DNA from: an uncultured Acidobacteriota bacterium
GTDB lineage: Bacteria > Acidobacteriota > Terriglobia > UBA7540
DNA length: 64,000 nt
Direction: 5' to 3'
Assembly (NCBI GenBank): GCA_963825395.1
Contig: CAWGTQ010000016.1
Span: 388,269 to 452,268 of the forward strand
Shown here: piece after piece, positions 1 through 8,985 of the stretch
Layout of the letters: the number at the start of each line of letters is the position of its first letter
Numbering within the stretch: the first letter of the stretch is position 1
Made by a program: the position numbers and the translations under genes
The notes under the pieces: generated by a model
The model's database searches: none
What the model saw: the letters and a program-made list of their open reading frames with translations, nothing else
Told to the model about the DNA's origin: nothing

Positions 1-653
1 ACGGTCAGCACAAAATAGGCGAGCCGCGGTTGCGTACCGCGATAGGTGAATTTGAACCATTGAAAACCCTTGAGCATTGCCTGGTAGGCGTCTTCGCTCG
101 GGGAGGGCGCATAAGGCCTTTCGTCGTCGCTGCCATAAATGGTTTGCCCGAACTCGAAGGGCTGGGCGGCCTGCCAAGTATTGTTCGGTGCAGCGGCGAT
201 GACGCCGGGTTGCTTATCCGCGGCGTGCGCCGCCCCTGGAGCCGGCGCTTGGGGAACGAGGTGCAACGTTGCCCCCACGTCCGGCATGCGCACTTTTGCG
301 GGAGCTGACAGAGTGACGTTGACCTGGCCTGGAGCCCGCGGGTGGAGTGTCAGATAGAAATCGAGGTCAGCCGAATGCAGCCATTTGGATCCAATTTCTC
401 CGCTGGCGTCATCTACTGTTACCAGCAAGGCGTCATTGCCCTGAAGCTTGGCGGGGTCTTTGACCCAAACGGTCAACGCGTAAAGCGACTCTGGGTGAAC
501 TCGACCCAGGTGGATTTTACGCACATTTTGGGAGATGGACTGATCGGCCCGCACGGATGGGCCCACGTGCAGCATCAGGGCTATGATGATCGTCCCGGCT
601 GCCAGCGTGAGAATCACCCAATGCGTGCTTTCCCATTTCCTCGGTGCCGCCAT
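1..653 (-). CDS. hypothetical exported/membrane-anchored protein (partial, C-terminus outside window)
   Basis: The minus-strand frame is open from the ATG (cat at 651-653) to the window edge. The N-terminus MAAPRKWESTHWVILTLAAGTIIIALMLHV looks like a signal anchor. It is absent from the ORF track because no stop lies inside the window. Confidence 0.5.
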   Translation of the reverse strand, partial: MAAPRKWESTHWVILTLAAGTIIIALMLHVGPSVRADQSISQNVRKIHLGRVHPESLYALTVWVKDPAKLQGNDALLVTVDDASGEIGSKWLHSADLDFYLTLHPRAPGQVNVTLSAPAKVRMPDVGATLHLVPQAPAPGAAHAADKQPGVIAAAPNNTWQAAQPFEFGQTIYGSDDERPYAPSPSEDAYQAMLKGFQWFKFTYRGTQPRLAYFVLT

Positions 654-710
654 ACCTCTAACCTCCCGGCTGGAGTTCCATTGCTGTCATCCTGGGCGAA
701 GCGCAAGAGT

Positions 711-795
711 GTGGCGCGGACCTGTTCTGTAAGTCCACGGCTTTTCCTTGCCCATAAGGGACGACCCGCGGATCTACGGAACAAGTCCGCACTAC
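711..795. repeat. REP-A palindromic element, degenerate copy (arm family GTAGCGCGGACCTGTTCTGTAGGTCCGCGGC)
   Basis: The inverted arms gtggcgcggacctgttctgtaagtccacggc ... cccgcggatctacggaacaagtccgcactac match the copies at 23391, 24265 and 25512. Confidence 0.7.
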
Positions 796-820
796 ACCTG
801 CTCTTGGGGCTCCGCCTCTA

Positions 821-1627
821 TTAACTACTCCCCAGCAGCTTCTTCCAGCGCGCCCAAGCGTCGATGCGGGCCTGACGATTAGCATCGCTCGCGTCCGGAG
901 CCTCTCCGGCGCGCATGAAGCCGTGGCCGGCGCCTTCGTAGGTGACCGGCTCGAAAGTTTTCCCGGCCGCTTTCATCTGCTCGCGAGTTTCGGGAATCGT
1001 CGCTCCGATGCGGACGTCGTTTCCTGCATAGAAGCCGTACACGGGCGCGGTAATGGCCGCCATGGCTTCCTTCGCCGGCGGCGGGCCGTAGAACACAAAC
1101 GCCGCAGCGAGATCCGCGCGATGCGTAGCAAAGCGGAAGCTCTGGCCCCCGCCCCAGCAGAATCCTGCTACGAACAGCTTGCCGCTGGAGGCCGGAATCT
1201 TCTTGGCATAATCCGCGACGGCGTTGAGGTCCGCTGTGATCTGGTCAGGATTAAGATGGCTCACGGCCTCAACCGCAGGGCTGCTCATGCCTCCACCCGC
1301 CGGGAACGCGCTGCTCCGGCCGCCGTTTGGTCCCATGCCCGAAAGCAGGTCGGGAGCTACCGCGATTTAACCGGCCTCCGCCACCTGGTCAGCCAATTCC
1401 TGCACCCAATCCGTCATCCCGAAAATTTCATGAATGACCAGCACTACGGGTGCCTTGTCCTTTGCCTCGGGGTAGACCACGAAGGTCTCGACCGCGCGCC
1501 CCCCGTGCTTCACGGTGACCCACTCACGATGGCGCGGGGACTTTTCCACCTGCGCGCGCGCCCAGTCCTGAGCCAAAACCGGTGATGCGCTCACCAAAAG
1601 AAGGAACCACACCATGAGGGATCGCAT
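821..1627 (-). pseudogene. dienelactone hydrolase family protein interrupted by a single in-frame TAA
   Basis: Track ORFs 1367..1627 (signal peptide plus DLH N-terminus, VVLVIHEIFGMTDW) and 821..1336 (DLH C-terminus, GFCWGGG nucleophile motif, GAGHGF) are in the same frame. The junction reads ...QVAEAG[TAA]IAVAPDLLSGMGPNGG, where homologs normally carry Tyr. Confidence 0.8.
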
Positions 1628-1891
1628 GTCTCTCTCCTGATTGTCATGTCTTGGGCCCTGCTTCGACCCGAATTGCCGTCTCGGGTGAAGACGATGAGAT
1701 CATACACGCGATACTCGGACACTCGCAAGGCCTGCGGGTGCCGGGTGGTGGGTCAGTGTGGTACCGTACCGTCGAGTTTACCCCGCCAAATGGCGGCATA
1801 AAGCCGCCTCTGCAACCAGCGGAGTACAGGGCATCTTCAGCTCGCCAAACGGGCGAGGGGGGTGACCTGAGTGGGTGAGACGCTGTGCCCG

Positions 1892-2713
1892 CTACCCGCG
1901 AATTCCTATTTCCTGCATCAGCTTGTCGGTTTCGCGGTAGGCTTCCGCGACCCATTCGACAATCTTCGCGGGCTCGGGTGAATACTCAAGTTCGATGCTG
2001 ACGACGCCGCCAAATCCGACTTTCTTAAGTTGCGCAAGATAAGGCCGGAAATCCACCACTCCTCGTCCGGGTGGCAAATCACCGTGTTTCTTTCCATCGC
2101 AATCGGAAAAGTGCACGTGGGCAATGCGTCCCTGCAAGTTAGCAATCTCCTCCGCCGGCGTATGGGCCAGCGCGAGGTGCGAGATGTCCAGATTCGCGCG
2201 CACGGCGGGATCGTGGACGTCATTCAAGAAATTCACCATGGTTTCGAGTGTGTTCACGATGGAAAGGTGGAACGGCTCGAGTTCGATGGCGATTTCGATG
2301 CCCAACCCCGCGGCATAGTCGCCCAACTCGGATACGGCTTCCACGGCCCACTTCCATTGGTCGCGGGGGGCAATGACCTCCTGTTGCCAGATGTATTCTC
2401 CCAGCACAAGCAGGAGGTTTCTGGCTTCGAGCTCGTAGACCATATCCAGGTGTTTTTTGGCGCGCTCAACGTGGAACCGGCGCACCGCTCCATTGAAATC
2501 CGCAATCCCCAGCGCGCAGCAGCACACGCTGATGACGGGCAGCCCGACTTGGCGGCAGGTGTCCTTGATCAACTTCCGCTCTTTAATATCAATCTCCAGG
2601 GGATCAGCAGAAATATCGATGCTATCAAAGCCAATCTCTTTCGTTTTATAAATGCCTTGCGCGGTACCTACGGGGGAACCCAGCCAGGCTGAATTAATGA
2701 GTCCGAGCTTCAT
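1892..2713 (-). CDS. sugar phosphate isomerase/epimerase (xylose isomerase-like TIM barrel)
   Basis: This is a 273-aa ORF with a typical AP-endonuclease-2/TIM-barrel pattern (LELEPF, HVHFSDCDG). Its start overlaps the stop of the upstream Gfo/Idh/MocA gene by 4 nt (2710-2713). Confidence 0.8.
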   Translation of the reverse strand: MKLGLINSAWLGSPVGTAQGIYKTKEIGFDSIDISADPLEIDIKERKLIKDTCRQVGLPVISVCCCALGIADFNGAVRRFHVERAKKHLDMVYELEARNLLLVLGEYIWQQEVIAPRDQWKWAVEAVSELGDYAAGLGIEIAIELEPFHLSIVNTLETMVNFLNDVHDPAVRANLDISHLALAHTPAEEIANLQGRIAHVHFSDCDGKKHGDLPPGRGVVDFRPYLAQLKKVGFGGVVSIELEYSPEPAKIVEWVAEAYRETDKLMQEIGIRG

Positions 2714-3816
2714 GCGTTTTCCTCCTTGATTTCCGCCGGTCGCACCGGCCGATGCTGGTCGAGCGAGCGGTAGCAGGCTTCCACCAGCGCGATCGTGTTG
2801 AGATTATCCCGCCCGCTGAGGACGGATTCCCGCCCTTCTTCCAGGCTGCACAAGAGTTCTCCCATGGTGCCCTCAAAGGCGTCGGGAAACCAAACTTGCG
2901 GCCAGGTGGGCGAGAACCAATAGCCGGGTTGTTGCTTGGTGGTGAAGCGGATGGTGCTGGGAACGCGGGCGGGATAACCCGGCCAACCGATTGTGCCCTG
3001 CGCCGTACCCGCAGTTCCCTCCACGCGCCACTTAATATAGATGTCCGCCGCCCCGCCCTCGCGCGACGGTCCGGTCCACACGTCATCCCAGGCGGCGGCA
3101 CGCATGCCATTTGCGTATTCCAGGATGTAAAGCACAATGCCGTCGCGGTGAGGGAAGTCCAGGCGAGGATCCTGGCGCGCGCTTGCGTACACATACTCGG
3201 GGTCGCCGAAGAGATAGCGGAAAGAATCCAGGTGATGGATACTCATGAAGGCCAGCGTTACTTTGCCGTAATCCTTTGCCCAAGGTTGCCAATGAGGAAT
3301 GGCGCGCATATCCACCGTGGCCAGGACGGGCTCTCCCAAATATCCCCTCCGCAGCACCGTCTTCAGGGCTCGGATCGAATGGTCGTAGCGCATGTTTTGA
3401 TTCACACAAAAACGCACCCCTGCCCGCTCGCAAGCCACCACCATTTCCTGCGCCTCCCGGTAATTCGTCGCCAGCGGTTTCTGCGCCAGGATCCCGTGGA
3501 TATGCTTGTGTTCAAGCGCCGCGTGCACAATAGCCGGTTGCGCGGCGGGCGGAACCGCGATGTCGAGAACCTCAATCCGGTCGTCTGCCAAAAGTTCCTG
3601 CCACGTGTTATAGACCTCCGGGATTCCTCTCAAATCCGCGGTCGCGCGCGCCTGCGCGGTGTCTTTGGAAGCAATCGCCACCACATTGAAACCTGCATTC
3701 CGGTATGCAACAAGATGAATATCGCGCATGATAAAACCTGCTCCAATTGCGCCAATTCGATAATCTTTCTTCCGAGGAAAGACAGGAAGGTGCTCCAAAT
3801 TCAGATCAATGTTCAT
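2710..3816 (-). CDS. Gfo/Idh/MocA family NAD(P)-dependent oxidoreductase
   Basis: This is a 368-aa ORF with an N-terminal Rossmann motif (YRIGAIGAGFIMRDIHL) and an EKP-type motif (LAQKPLA). Confidence 0.85.
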   Translation of the reverse strand: MNIDLNLEHLPVFPRKKDYRIGAIGAGFIMRDIHLVAYRNAGFNVVAIASKDTAQARATADLRGIPEVYNTWQELLADDRIEVLDIAVPPAAQPAIVHAALEHKHIHGILAQKPLATNYREAQEMVVACERAGVRFCVNQNMRYDHSIRALKTVLRRGYLGEPVLATVDMRAIPHWQPWAKDYGKVTLAFMSIHHLDSFRYLFGDPEYVYASARQDPRLDFPHRDGIVLYILEYANGMRAAAWDDVWTGPSREGGAADIYIKWRVEGTAGTAQGTIGWPGYPARVPSTIRFTTKQQPGYWFSPTWPQVWFPDAFEGTMGELLCSLEEGRESVLSGRDNLNTIALVEACYRSLDQHRPVRPAEIKEENA

Positions 3817-4039
3817 TCGAAACGCTCCGTGTGTTCGTCATGTGGCACCGTCGAGGGTACATCTCCTTAGGGTCACAGTTGCGGAGATTCTACGCCGGGC
3901 GGCGAGGGAAAGCACTGCCCTTTTTCCTGCCAGTGTTCTATTTCGATATCGCTCTCCCGCTTCTCACCCCGTTCCCCCCGTGCGGCCTTTGATATACTTC
4001 CGCATGCGAGCCAAAGAATCAATGCATCAGGAGGACCCG

Positions 4040-5392
4040 ATGATATACAAGCCGTTTTTGACAACGCCGCGCCTTATGCTGGTTCTTCTTTTCCTCATGG
4101 TGTTCTACCGCCCAGCGATCACGGCCCCGCCACCCTCCCCCCAGGCCGGCAAGAGTGAGCAAGTCACATTCATTCACTGCGGCACGCTGATTGACGAGGT
4201 ATCGGATGAGCCGCGCCAGAACGCGCTGGTGGAAATTGCGGGAGGCAAGTTCCGCGCCGTCACGAATTACACGCCGGATTATGCCAAGCCCGCCGGCGCG
4301 GCTTTCATCGACCTTGCGGCGGAAACTTGCCTTCCCGGCCTCGTGGATTCGCACACGCATATCCTTCTGCAAGGCGACCAGAAGCCGGGACAGTACGACG
4401 AGCAGATTCTGAAGTGGTCGTTGCCTTACCGCACCATCCTGGGAACACAATCGGCGCGGCGCGCCCTGGAGTACGGATTTACCACTATTCGTGATGTGGA
4501 AACCGAGGGCGCGTATTATGCGGACGTTTCCGTTCGCGACGCGATCAAGCAAGGTGTGATTCCCGGGCCGCGCATGGTGGTGGCGACGCGCGCGCTCGAC
4601 GTAACGGGGGCCTACGCAATACTTGGATATGATCCAGCTTTGAAGTTGCCGCATGGCGTCCAGGTGGTAGACGGGCCCGACGAGTGTCGCAAAGCGGTGC
4701 GTGAGCAGATTGGCAACGGGGCCGATTGGATTAAACTTTATGCCGATCAGCGTGTTTCCACCGCCGACGGCGTGGTGCACAGCGTTCCCACTTTTACCGC
4801 CGAGGAACTCCACGCGATTGTGGATGAGACGCACCGCGAACATCACAAGGTGGCGGCGCACGCCATGGGGTTGGAAGGCGTGCACAACGCCGTGGAGGCA
4901 GGCGTGGATTCCATCGAGCACGGCGCTTTCATCTCGGACGATGATCTGAAGACCATGGTGGCGCATGGAATCTGGTACGTGCCGACGCTCTATATCTTTA
5001 TTTACGCCGAGGAAATTCATCAGGCGGTCGGCTTTCCGGGATGGAAGGGTGGGGTGGAGATTCACGCCGAGACATTTCGACGGGCGCTCAAGGCGGGGGT
5101 GAGAATCGCCTTCGGCACTGACGTAGGCGGATTCGAGTGGACTATCAACCCGGCGAAGGAGTTTCCGCTGATGGTGAAGTACGGCATGACCCCTGCCCAA
5201 GCCCTGCATGCGGCCACAGTTTCCGGAGCGGAATTGGTCGGCATGAACAGCCAAATCGGTTCGGTAGAACAGGGTAAACTTGCGGACCTTGTTGCCGTTA
5301 CAGGCAATCCTCTTAGCGATAGCCAGGTCCTTGAAAACGTCAACTTTGTGATGAAGGAGGGGGTGGTTTACAAGCTGCCAGACAGGCGTTGA
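4040..5392 (+). CDS. amidohydrolase family metal-dependent hydrolase (exported)
   Basis: The ORF frame is 3809..5392. I chose the ATG at 4040 because AGGAGG lies 6 nt upstream and a hydrophobic leader (LMLVLLFLMVF) follows. Metal ligand motifs are GLVDSHTHIL, KVAAHA, IEHG and AFGTDVG. Confidence 0.8.
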   Translation: MIYKPFLTTPRLMLVLLFLMVFYRPAITAPPPSPQAGKSEQVTFIHCGTLIDEVSDEPRQNALVEIAGGKFRAVTNYTPDYAKPAGAAFIDLAAETCLPGLVDSHTHILLQGDQKPGQYDEQILKWSLPYRTILGTQSARRALEYGFTTIRDVETEGAYYADVSVRDAIKQGVIPGPRMVVATRALDVTGAYAILGYDPALKLPHGVQVVDGPDECRKAVREQIGNGADWIKLYADQRVSTADGVVHSVPTFTAEELHAIVDETHREHHKVAAHAMGLEGVHNAVEAGVDSIEHGAFISDDDLKTMVAHGIWYVPTLYIFIYAEEIHQAVGFPGWKGGVEIHAETFRRALKAGVRIAFGTDVGGFEWTINPAKEFPLMVKYGMTPAQALHAATVSGAELVGMNSQIGSVEQGKLADLVAVTGNPLSDSQVLENVNFVMKEGVVYKLPDRR

Positions 5393-5416
5393 CTCAATCT
5401 GGCGTCACCCACCAGA

Positions 5417-5983
5417 TTATTTTGTCCGGGTGCGGGCCGGCGAGCGCGCGGGTGGTTTGGCCACTGCTTTGCGCAGGTCCACTTCGTCTTCGATGACGGA
5501 TTTCAAGTTTTGCAGATGGAAGACCCAGGACTTCACGGCGTTGTCGAGGGCAGGGGCAGCGGTAAACCCCTGGAGCTCCAGTCGCGTGAGTGTGTGTCCG
5601 CCCTCCGGAGAGAGTTTGAACCGCACTTGGGTTTCTGCCTCATCGGTGGGATGCTTCCACGTTAATGCCAGAGTATTGGCGGCCAGAAACTCCGTCACCA
5701 CTCCGTCCACGGGATCTTGATTCTTCCAGCGGAAATGATATTTGCCTCCAAACTGCGGCTCCAGGATGGCCTGATCGGCCAACCATGCGGTCAGCTTTCC
5801 CTGGTCGGAAAGATAGCTGAAGACGGTGACCGTGTCGCTGGTCACATAAACCTGCAAGGTGGCCGAGCGCATCACGGTTACGGGTCCGGTGCCCGGAGGC
5901 TTAGCGGGTCGCGTGGCGTTCTGCTGGGCAGCGCCGTTGCTCCAGGCGCCCAACAAGAATATCAGGGTAAGCAATTTTGGCAT
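5417..5983 (-). CDS. SRPBCC/AHSA1-like domain protein with signal peptide
   Basis: The internal ATG at 5983 gives MPKLLTLIFLLGAWSNGAAQ (signal peptide) followed by an AHSA1-like fold pattern (KLTAWLAD...GGKYHFRW). The upstream extension to 6391 runs antisense to the HD gene. Confidence 0.65.
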   Translation of the reverse strand: MPKLLTLIFLLGAWSNGAAQQNATRPAKPPGTGPVTVMRSATLQVYVTSDTVTVFSYLSDQGKLTAWLADQAILEPQFGGKYHFRWKNQDPVDGVVTEFLAANTLALTWKHPTDEAETQVRFKLSPEGGHTLTRLELQGFTAAPALDNAVKSWVFHLQNLKSVIEDEVDLRKAVAKPPARSPARTRTK

Positions 5984-6127
5984 CGATGGCCCCCGTTCTT
6001 CCCTGGGGGAAGGATTCGCGAGGGATTGTAAAACAAACCGCCGGGTAGAGCAACGCGCATTGCTTTTCCCGGCTTGGGATGCGTCGCGGGGCATCGTATA
6101 ATCAGCAGCCGGTTGAAAGGGGGAGTC

Positions 6128-6715
6128 ATGGATCGCCAAACAGCGTGGGAACTCCTTTGCGAGTACACGAAGAATGAGAATTTGCGGAAGCACGCTTTGG
6201 CCGTGGAAGCCTGCGTGTGCGCTTATGCCCGCAAGTTCGGCGAAGATCAGGAAAAGTGGAGAGTCGTCGGACTGATCCACGATTTCGATTACGAGATCTA
6301 TCCGAACGCTCCCGACCACCCGCTGAAGGGGAGCGAGATTCTCAAGGAAAAAGGGGTGTCGGAAGAGATACGCCGCGCTATTCTCGGCCACGCCGATTAC
6401 AGTGGAGTCGCGCGCGACACGCTGCTGGCCAAAGTGCTGTTTGCTTGTGACGAGGTGGCAGGCTTCATCACCGCCTGTTCATTGGTCCGGCCCGACCGGA
6501 TCGCCAGCCTGGAAGCGAAGTCGGTGAGAAAGAGAATGAAGGATAAAGCCTTCGCGCGCTCCGTGAGCCGCGAGGACATCACCAAGGGTGCGGAGGAACT
6601 AGGGGTCCCCTTGGATGAGCACATCACGTTCTGCATTGCCGCCATGCGCGAGATCGCTGATCAACTGGGCCTGGCGCCCGCAGGCGGCGCCCCCGTCGCG
6701 CCGGCCGCGTCGTAA
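6128..6715 (+). CDS. HD/HDIG domain phosphohydrolase
   Basis: The ATG at 6128 follows a GGGGGAG-like RBS. The HD motif is GLIHDFDY, and LGHADYSG lies downstream. Confidence 0.75.
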   Translation: MDRQTAWELLCEYTKNENLRKHALAVEACVCAYARKFGEDQEKWRVVGLIHDFDYEIYPNAPDHPLKGSEILKEKGVSEEIRRAILGHADYSGVARDTLLAKVLFACDEVAGFITACSLVRPDRIASLEAKSVRKRMKDKAFARSVSREDITKGAEELGVPLDEHITFCIAAMREIADQLGLAPAGGAPVAPAAS

Positions 6716-6730
6716 GGACGCGCATCCGTC

Positions 6731-7504
6731 TCAGGACGCAGGGGGAAGGCCGGAACCGAACCCACCATCCACAACCACAGACGAGCCGGTCATATAAGCC
6801 GCTTCGTCGCTGGCCAGAAACGCGGCCACGCGCGCCACTTCCTCCGGGCGGCCGATTCTCTTCAAGGCCTGAAGCTTGGCCGCTGTGGCGCGAGCTGCGA
6901 CCGGGTCAGGCTGCTCTTCGAAATACCCCCATGCCATACCGGCATCGATGTAACCCGGGCATATACAGTTGACGCGAATACCATCCTTCCCGTGGTCGAT
7001 CGCCATCGCCTTGGTCAGGGCAATGATCGCACCCTTCGTAGCGCAATAGCCCGCGCACATCGGCTCCACGAAAAATCCGTTCACCGAGGCCATGTTGATG
7101 ATGTTTCCGCGTGTCATGCGTAAGTGAGGCAGAAAAAATTTCGAACAGAGGAAGATGCCGCCCAGATTCACGGCCATCTGGTGGTTCCACTCTTCCACGG
7201 TCGTCTCTTCCAAAGTTTTGCTGACTTGTACGGCAGCGTTGTTGAACAGGACGTGTATATTGCCGAAAGCTTGCGCGGTTTCCCGCACCAGCCGCTGAAC
7301 GGAATCGGCGTCCGCCACGTCCATTTCTACCGCCCTTGCCACGCCGCCCGCGGCGGTAATTTCCCGCGCCGTTTCCTGCGCTCCCAAAAAATTGATATCC
7401 GCCACTACCACCCGCGCGCCTTCCTTGGCGAACTCCTGCGCTGAGGCCCGGCCAATTCCTGCGCCGGAACCGGTGATGACCGCAATGCGGTCCTTGAGCT
7501 TCAT
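6731..7504 (-). CDS. SDR family oxidoreductase
   Basis: It carries TGSGAGIGRA (the TGxxxGxG cofactor motif), NNAA and YCATKGA (YxxxK). Confidence 0.85.
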   Translation of the reverse strand: MKLKDRIAVITGSGAGIGRASAQEFAKEGARVVVADINFLGAQETAREITAAGGVARAVEMDVADADSVQRLVRETAQAFGNIHVLFNNAAVQVSKTLEETTVEEWNHQMAVNLGGIFLCSKFFLPHLRMTRGNIINMASVNGFFVEPMCAGYCATKGAIIALTKAMAIDHGKDGIRVNCICPGYIDAGMAWGYFEEQPDPVAARATAAKLQALKRIGRPEEVARVAAFLASDEAAYMTGSSVVVDGGFGSGLPPAS

Positions 7505-7553
7505 GCTTCCTCCGGCTTCCCGTTTGGCATCGCCCGAGCGATTGCCGGCAGGC

Positions 7554-8945
7554 TTACAATTTTACCTGCTGAAGATAGGTCGGCACCGAAACATCCCAGT
7601 GGAGTTGCTGGGCAATGCGCTGCCGCAGAGCCTCGCTGGCCTTGGGTTCACCGTGAACCAAAAGGGTTTTCCCTGGCGTCTTGGCGAACCGGCCAAGCCA
7701 AGCAAGGATTTCACCATAATCCGCATGGGCACTCAGGTTCTCGATGGTCTCAATGCGCGCCCGCACGTGCACTTCGTGGCCGTACATTTTCACGGCCTGG
7801 GCGCCGGATTGGATCGCCTGCCCGCGCGTTCCCGCCGCCTGGAATCCCACGAATAGTATGGTATTGCGATGGTCCGGCAGGCAGCGTTCCAGATGATGAA
7901 CCACGCGGCCGCCCGTCGCCATGCCGCTCGCGGAAATGATAATCGTTGGGTAGTGCGCGTCGTTGAGCTGCTTCGACGCCTCGATAGTCCTGTCAAAGTG
8001 CAGATTGGGTGGGGAGAACGGCTTGATCCCCTGCTCTTCCAGTGCATCCAATTCCAGGCTGTGGTCCTCTCGGTGCTTGTCGTAAAGATGGGTGACGTCG
8101 ATCGCCATGGGGCTGTCCAAGTGGATCGGCAACGAGTGCATCTTCTTATCTTCGATGAGTTCACGGAACAAGAAGAGCAGTTCTTGCGTGCGTCCCACGG
8201 CGAAGGAGGGAATTACTAACGTCCCGCCGCGGCGGGCCGTGTCCTCAACAATCGAAGTCAGGCGCGCGCCAATATCTTCCTTCGGGTGCAACCGGTCGCC
8301 GTAGGTGGATTCGAGCAGCATGTAATCGAATCCGTCTTCAGGCACGGCTGGTTCAGGAATAACCATTTGCGGGAAGCGGCCCAGGTCGCCGGAGAAGAGC
8401 AGCTTCTTGCTGGTCCCGTTTTCCCGGACCGTCACTTCGATCATGCGCGCGCCCAGGATGTGTCCCGCGAAAAAGCCGCGTATCGTGAAGTGCGGGGAAA
8501 TCTCGACCCGCTCCACGGCGTACACCGCATGAATGCGTTCGAGCGACTTTACCGCCTCCTCATAGTTGTAGAGGGGCAGGGCGGGGGCGTGTTTGCTGAA
8601 TCCCTTTTTGTTTGCGAAGTCCGCATCTTCTTCCTGTAGGTGTCCGGAATCCGGCAACACAATTTTGGCAAGATCCACCGTGGCCGAAGACGCCAGGATC
8701 TGGCCGTGAAAGCCGTCCTTCACCAAGCGTGGAATGTAGCCGATGTGGTCGAGGTGCGCGTGCGTCAGGACGATCCATTGGATGCTCGCGGGCGGCACGG
8801 GCAGCGGATTCCAGTTGCGTAGCCGCAGTTCCTTGTCCCCCTGGAAGAGTCCGCAGTCAACCATCAAGCGTTCGCCGCCGGCTTCCAGCAGATATTTCGA
8901 ACCGGTTACCGTGCCGGTCGCACCGAGAAAAGTGAGAGTGGCCAT
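7554..8945 (-). CDS. MBL-fold metallo-hydrolase with beta-CASP / RNA-specificity domain (CPSF73/RNase J-like)
   Basis: This is a 463-aa ORF with THAHLDHIG (HxHxDH), ESTYGDR, and a C-terminal SAHADY...LVHGE. Confidence 0.85.
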   Translation of the reverse strand: MATLTFLGATGTVTGSKYLLEAGGERLMVDCGLFQGDKELRLRNWNPLPVPPASIQWIVLTHAHLDHIGYIPRLVKDGFHGQILASSATVDLAKIVLPDSGHLQEEDADFANKKGFSKHAPALPLYNYEEAVKSLERIHAVYAVERVEISPHFTIRGFFAGHILGARMIEVTVRENGTSKKLLFSGDLGRFPQMVIPEPAVPEDGFDYMLLESTYGDRLHPKEDIGARLTSIVEDTARRGGTLVIPSFAVGRTQELLFLFRELIEDKKMHSLPIHLDSPMAIDVTHLYDKHREDHSLELDALEEQGIKPFSPPNLHFDRTIEASKQLNDAHYPTIIISASGMATGGRVVHHLERCLPDHRNTILFVGFQAAGTRGQAIQSGAQAVKMYGHEVHVRARIETIENLSAHADYGEILAWLGRFAKTPGKTLLVHGEPKASEALRQRIAQQLHWDVSVPTYLQQVKL

Positions 8946-8985
8946 TAATTGTCCTTTGCGTATTGCCTAGGAATGACGTTTGGTA

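Noticed and set aside
1367-1369. TAA in the dienelactone hydrolase as a recoding event.
   Set aside because: No known bacterial mechanism decodes TAA as Tyr in an otherwise standard-code genome, and other genes here terminate with TAA. I interpret it as a nonsense mutation or a base error.
2752-3870. 372-aa ORF on the plus strand.
   Set aside because: It is entirely antisense to the well-supported Gfo/Idh/MocA gene (2710..3816). It is Arg/Gly/Pro-rich with no recognisable motifs. This is a typical shadow ORF of high-GC DNA.
4019-5254. 411-aa ORF on the minus strand.
   Set aside because: It is antisense to the amidohydrolase gene, which carries clear metal-ligand motifs. Its composition is Arg/His/Leu-biased and I recognise no family.
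5984-6391. 136-aa N-terminal extension of the SRPBCC ORF.
   Set aside because: It overlaps the HD-domain gene on the opposite strand. The internal ATG at 5983 gives a proper signal peptide.
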